Origin: Anaerolineae bacterium
GTDB lineage: Bacteria > Chloroflexota > Anaerolineae > B4-G1 > SLSP01
Reading direction: 5' to 3'
Length of the DNA stretch: 10,526 nt
Assembly (NCBI GenBank): GCA_034004765.1
Contig: JAVEWB010000050.1
Coordinates: forward strand, 1-10,526
A model generated the notes under the pieces. The model was not told where the DNA came from, searched no databases, and saw only the letters and a program-made list of their open reading frames with translations. The position numbers and the translations under genes were made by a program. This document shows, one piece after another, positions 6,886-10,526 of the stretch (the stretch's first letter is position 1; every line of letters starts with the position of its first letter).

Positions 6886-6930
6886 TTGTATACTGTGTAC
6901 CTTGCACCTTGTACATTGCGTGGTATGCTT
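6886..6930 (+). promoter_or_regulatory. Candidate surE promoter (TTGCAC-16-TATGCT) within divergent intergenic region
   Basis: TTGCAC at 6903..6908, a 16-nt spacer, then TATGCT at 6925..6930. An alternative -35, TTGTAT, lies at 6886..6891. The same 176-nt spacer holds the divergent nfeD-like promoter candidate (minus strand TTGCCT-16-TATCCT around 6845..6872). Confidence 0.35.
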
Positions 6931-6980
6931 AAGATGCATCTAAGTTAACAACAATCCTACATTTGGAAGCAATTTTAAGC

Positions 6981-7784
6981 ATGGATCAACCGCTCATTCT
7001 GGTTACTAATGACGACGGCATCACATCGCAGGGACTTTGGGCCGCAGTGGCCGGGCTTCTGCCGCTGGGAGACCTGCTGGTCGTAGCACCAGACCGACAA
7101 TGGTCCGGCGCGGGCCGTTCCATGCCACATACTCTGACCGGGAAGGTCACCGAAGCCGGGCGCGAAGTGCAAGGGCAGCAGGTCACAGCCTATGCAGTGG
7201 ACGCAACCCCGGCGATGGCGGTGGTCCATGCGCTGTTGGAACTAGCACCGCGTCGCCCTTCCCTGGTCGTCTCCGGAATCAACTACGGGGAGAACGTCAG
7301 CACCGAGATCACGGTCTCCGGCACAGTGGGTGCGGCCCTCGAGGCAGCGGCCAACGGCATCCCGGCCCTGGCCATCTCGCTGGCCATGCCGGTCGCCTGT
7401 CATATACATGGAGATGATGCAGCCGATTACGCCGCTGCAACAGCCTTCACCCAACACTTCGGCCGCTTGCTGCTCCAGCATCGCCTGCCCTACGACGTCG
7501 ACCTTCTCAATGTGAACATCCCTGAAGGTGCACAGCCGGAGAGTCCCTGGAGGCTCACCCGCGTCTCCCGGTGCCGCTATTTCACGCCGACTCCCCCGGA
7601 CCGCGATAACGGGAAGGGCAGACCCGGCTACAAACGTATGGATGATTTCTTCAGCGCCGAAGCAGAGTCGGATGTCCGCGCTCTGAATGTCGAAGCCGTT
7701 GTCTCGGTAACGCCGATCTCACTGGATATGACGTCACGCGCGGATTTCGGCGCGATCGAGGAACAGCTTCGTATGGGTTGGTAA
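6981..7784 (+). CDS. surE: 5'/3'-nucleotidase SurE (stationary-phase survival protein)
   Basis: The N-terminal ILVTNDDGI signature, the overall ~267-aa length and the motifs (GINYGENVSTEITVSGTVGAALEAA) fit the SurE family. The start is set at the ATG at 6981, with GGAAG 11 nt upstream. An alternative TTG at 6963 is possible. Confidence 0.88.
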   Translation: MDQPLILVTNDDGITSQGLWAAVAGLLPLGDLLVVAPDRQWSGAGRSMPHTLTGKVTEAGREVQGQQVTAYAVDATPAMAVVHALLELAPRRPSLVVSGINYGENVSTEITVSGTVGAALEAAANGIPALAISLAMPVACHIHGDDAADYAAATAFTQHFGRLLLQHRLPYDVDLLNVNIPEGAQPESPWRLTRVSRCRYFTPTPPDRDNGKGRPGYKRMDDFFSAEAESDVRALNVEAVVSVTPISLDMTSRADFGAIEEQLRMGW

Positions 7785-7849
7785 AGCGGTACGACGGAAC
7801 AAGAATGGCTAGATCTTAGAAACGCGTCATAGGACAATGGCACAAGTGA

Positions 7850-10210
7850 GTGATGGAACGGCATAGCGAGATTCTCCGCTTTCAGGAAGGCATACGCAGC
7901 CAGCATCCGGCGCCGGAGGTGGCGATCGAACTGCTGCCTTCTGGAAGCTTGCTGGAGACGGGGGAGCTGCTGGCGATCCTGGTAGACCTCGACCCCACCT
8001 TGCCCCATCGCGGTCGCGAAATGCGCTCCGTTGCCGTAGAAGCCTACCAAGATTCGTCCGGCACCATCGTAGCCCGACTGCGCCGCGCGCTGGCAGAGGC
8101 CAATCGCTATCTGGTCTCGATCAATGCCCGAAGCAGCCCCGATCAAAACACCTCCGGCAGCATCACCTGCGCCGTCTTTTGTGGCGAAGAACTCTTCGTC
8201 GGGCAAGCCGGCGCCAGCAATGCATGCCTGTGTCACGCCGATGGGACCCTAGAGGTCTTCCCCCAGGAAGCCGAACCGATCCTCCCGCTGGGGGCGGTGC
8301 TGCCCCCGGTGATCCATATCAGCTATGCCTCTGTAGCAGAAGGGGATACCTTGCTGATGGCGACCTCCTACGTTGCAGAGGCACTTTCGCGAAGCCACTG
8401 GGCTGAGGCGCTCTCCGCAGAAGCCCTGGACCGGGGCATCGATCACATTGTGAAAGCAGCAAAGGAAAACGGCGTGACGGGCAGCGCCGCCCTGGTGCGC
8501 TGCCTTCCGGAGCCCGTTGTTGCCGAGTCCACATCACCGCACTGGCATTTCCCGTCAATTTTCAGACGTAGGGAAGAGGCTCCGATGGAAGCTGCCGCAG
8601 CCCCTACGCTCGAAAAGCCAGGTTTCCTGCCTGAGATTTCACACGCCGAAAAAGCGGGGCTTCCAGGTGGTGAAATCACCAGCCACAGCGCATCAGAACG
8701 GGCAGAGACGCCCGCCGGCCAGACCGATGAAACCATCGGGCCTTATGAGTCGGAGCAGGCAGAGATGCCTGCGGTCCAAGACAAACCCCATGTGTCAGAG
8801 CGGGCAGGGATGCTCGCGGACCAATCGATACCAGACCTTGAGGAAGCGGCGGAAGAGGTGATCGAGGAGCAACCCGCCGTAGCCTGGAGTTGGCCCACAT
8901 GGCACCTCCCTGATATGCGACCACTCCTGGAAAAGATGCGCCATCTGAACTGGAAGCTGCCCAGAATTCCCGTAGGGGCCCTCTTGAAAGCCTTGCTCCC
9001 GGGGAAAATCGAAGGCGGCAGCCACCGTGCCACTCGCCCCATCCCCAAAGAGCAGACACCTGTGATCGGCGGTGTGGCAGTAGGGTTTCTGCTGATCGTG
9101 GGGTTCATCACCCTGACGACCTATTTGCAGTATGGTGGCGCACTCAGCGCGGACACCACGCTGAAAGAGGCCCATGAAGCCTTGATTCAGGCGCATGCCA
9201 GTCAAGCTTCACAGGATTGGAAACAGGTGCTGGACCTTTCGGAAAAGGCCCTGGTATTGGATCCCAGTAACACCAACGCACAGGGGCTGCGTGATGAAGC
9301 CCGTATGGCGCTGGATGCTATCGAACAATCGGCGCTGCTTTCCGCGATGCCCCTTTTGGAGCTGGGGACCGCACCCTCACCCCGCCGCCTTCTGGTGGCC
9401 GGTTCGTGGGTCTATATCTTGAACCCGGCTACCGATGAGGTTTTCGGGGTCCCGCTTTCACAAGACGGCATGACCCCTGTTTCGTCAGTCCCTACGTCCA
9501 TTTTGAAGCGCGGCCAGTCGCTGCTCGGGCAAACCGTCGATCACCTGATCGACCTGGCGTGGGTCAGTCCGAGCATGGGCTATCCCGATGGCGCAGTTTT
9601 CATCTACAGCGACGATGGCGTCATCTATATCTACGAGCCCTCGCTGGGGCCGCTGAGCATCGTCCCGCAGCGCCTCGAGGGGGATCTGACGCCGGGAACG
9701 GTGACCCTCATCGAAGCCTTTGACGAACATCTCTACGTCGTGGATCGCCAGCAAAATCAGATCTTGCGTTACGCATCGATCAACGGGAGCTACAACGGCC
9801 CGGCCCGGCCCTACTTCGCCCAGGAAAATGTACCGCAGCTCCAGACCGCCCTGGATGTGAGTGTCGATGAACGGCTGTACCTTCTGCTAGGAAATGGGAC
9901 CCTGGGTGCCTACTTCGGCGGGACTGAGGATCTCTCTTTCAGCGTGCAAGGACTCCCCAGCACGGAGTTCCGCCCCACGGTGATGGCGGTGGAGCCAGAT
10001 CCGGAGACCGGTCGTATCTATTTAGGCGATCCCCAACACGAGCGTATCTTTGCCCTGGACAAAAAGGGCCATTTCCTGTATCAGTACCGGCTGCCCAATG
10101 AAGCCCTCAAGCATCTGGAGGTGTTGGCCGTGAATGAGACGCCGCATGTCCTCTACCTGATCGCCGAGAACCGGCTCTACGCCGCACCTATTCCAGAGAG
10201 CACACCCTAG
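7850..10210 (+). CDS. Single-pass membrane protein: cytoplasmic degenerate PP2C-like (pseudo-phosphatase) domain, acidic repeat linker, TM helix, extracytoplasmic TPR-like helix plus NHL-like beta-propeller
   Basis: Residues ~40-215 align motif-by-motif with PP2C/PrpC, but the metal-binding residues are replaced: DGMGGH becomes DLDPTLPH, GDSR becomes GASN, SDG becomes TSY, and DNIT becomes TGSA. A TM helix VIGGVAVGFLLIVGFITLTTYLQY spans about residues 406-429. The C-terminal part contains NHL-like blades (LYVVDRQQNQILRY, IYLGDPQHERIFALDKKGHFLYQY, LYLIAENRLYAA). Confidence 0.75.
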   Translation: MMERHSEILRFQEGIRSQHPAPEVAIELLPSGSLLETGELLAILVDLDPTLPHRGREMRSVAVEAYQDSSGTIVARLRRALAEANRYLVSINARSSPDQNTSGSITCAVFCGEELFVGQAGASNACLCHADGTLEVFPQEAEPILPLGAVLPPVIHISYASVAEGDTLLMATSYVAEALSRSHWAEALSAEALDRGIDHIVKAAKENGVTGSAALVRCLPEPVVAESTSPHWHFPSIFRRREEAPMEAAAAPTLEKPGFLPEISHAEKAGLPGGEITSHSASERAETPAGQTDETIGPYESEQAEMPAVQDKPHVSERAGMLADQSIPDLEEAAEEVIEEQPAVAWSWPTWHLPDMRPLLEKMRHLNWKLPRIPVGALLKALLPGKIEGGSHRATRPIPKEQTPVIGGVAVGFLLIVGFITLTTYLQYGGALSADTTLKEAHEALIQAHASQASQDWKQVLDLSEKALVLDPSNTNAQGLRDEARMALDAIEQSALLSAMPLLELGTAPSPRRLLVAGSWVYILNPATDEVFGVPLSQDGMTPVSSVPTSILKRGQSLLGQTVDHLIDLAWVSPSMGYPDGAVFIYSDDGVIYIYEPSLGPLSIVPQRLEGDLTPGTVTLIEAFDEHLYVVDRQQNQILRYASINGSYNGPARPYFAQENVPQLQTALDVSVDERLYLLLGNGTLGAYFGGTEDLSFSVQGLPSTEFRPTVMAVEPDPETGRIYLGDPQHERIFALDKKGHFLYQYRLPNEALKHLEVLAVNETPHVLYLIAENRLYAAPIPESTP

Positions 10211-10211
10211 C

Positions 10212-10251
10212 CGAAGGTGCAACGCACTTCGGAAAGTGCGTTGCACCTTCG
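10212..10251. terminator. Perfect 16-18 bp inverted repeat hairpin between convergent genes (putative bidirectional terminator, no U-tract)
   Basis: CGAAGGTGCAACGCAC-(ttcggaaa)-GTGCGTTGCACCTTCG. The stem can extend through TT/AA to 18 bp, with a cUUCGg-like loop. It sits between the stop at 10208..10210 and the stop at 10259..10261 of the convergent partial gene. Confidence 0.45.
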
Positions 10252-10258
10252 AGAGGAC

Positions 10259-10526
10259 CTACGCCTCCATCTTGATATTGTGCGCCAGCGCAAAAGCACG
10301 GACGATCTGGCCCATGCTGCGGCTGTGGAAAACCCGGATGTAGGTCACATCCGCGTTGTAGCAGTAACCCTCAAGATTGCGATGCGCCCCTAAACTGGCA
10401 AAATCGACCACGTAATCCACCTTGCCCTGCTGGATCTTCTCGTGGATTTTGTTCAGACTACCGCGCTCGCTGCGGTAATAAGGGATGAACTCCGCCTCGG
10501 CCAATCCCAGGTCCTGCCGGATGGAT
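10259..10526 (-). CDS. 3' end of a minus-strand gene truncated by window edge; product unknown (possibly MGS-like/Rossmann-type domain)
   Basis: The open frame continues to the window end without a stop (...SIRQDLGLAEAEFIPYYRSERGSLNKIHEKIQQGKVDYVVDFASLGAHRNLEGYCYNADVTYIRVFHSRSMGQIVRAFALAHNIKMEA*). I could not assign a family from this fragment. Confidence 0.4.
   Translation of the reverse strand, partial: SIRQDLGLAEAEFIPYYRSERGSLNKIHEKIQQGKVDYVVDFASLGAHRNLEGYCYNADVTYIRVFHSRSMGQIVRAFALAHNIKMEA

Noticed and set aside
6975-7515. Alternative-frame ORFs within surE (6975..7229 -, 6986..7186 -, 7037..7417 +, 7242..7481 -, 7330..7515 +)
   Set aside because: They overlap the clear SurE reading frame. 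Their Arg/Gly/Pro-rich composition is typical of off-frame GC-rich sequence.
7628-8236. 202-aa minus-strand ORF spanning the surE 3' end and the start of the large membrane protein gene
   Set aside because: It overlaps two well-supported plus-strand genes antisense. It has no SD and no motif.
1-10526. Searched for CRISPR arrays, IS elements/inverted terminal repeats, integrase/transposase genes, tRNA/rRNA, toxin-antitoxin pairs
   Set aside because: No direct-repeat/spacer arrays, no transposase- or integrase-like ORFs, and no tRNA cloverleaf candidates were seen. Composition is uniform (~60% GC), arguing against a recent horizontally acquired island.

Overview
This is a GC-rich (~60%) bacterial chromosomal segment with short AT-rich intergenic spacers and strong GGAGG-type ribosome-binding sites. 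It carries ten protein-coding genes, nine complete and one cut by the window edge at 10526. No rRNA, tRNA, CRISPR array or mobile element was seen.

Genes in order along the window:
- clpP (39..647, -) and trigger factor tig (681..2033, -), 33 nt apart and probably co-transcribed.
- A SufR-like [Fe-S] regulator (2258..2884, +), transcribed divergently from tig.
- A canonical ParB/Spo0J (2964..3824, -) with no parA next to it.
- A three-gene membrane module on the minus strand: a YqiJ/NfeD-like protein (6181..6786), a tandem zf-TFIIB zinc-ribbon protein (5569..6123) and an SPFH flotillin (4051..5502).
- surE (6981..7784, +).
- A 786-aa single-pass membrane protein (7850..10210, +) that has a cytoplasmic PP2C-fold domain with the catalytic aspartates substituted and an extracytoplasmic NHL-like beta-propeller.
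- A convergent partial gene (10259..10526, -).

The two gene-level candidates for undescribed biology are the NfeD-like/zinc-ribbon/flotillin operon and the pseudo-phosphatase/beta-propeller membrane protein. The solo ParB and the orphan SufR are unusual gene contexts. The nested ACAA/TTGT palindromes over the sufR promoter are a candidate operator.

Several regulatory elements are readable directly from the sequence: a perfect-consensus sigma70 promoter carrying those palindromes in front of sufR, two rho-independent terminators (2916..2948 bidirectional, 3939..3969), and perfect inverted repeats at 1..32 and 10212..10251.
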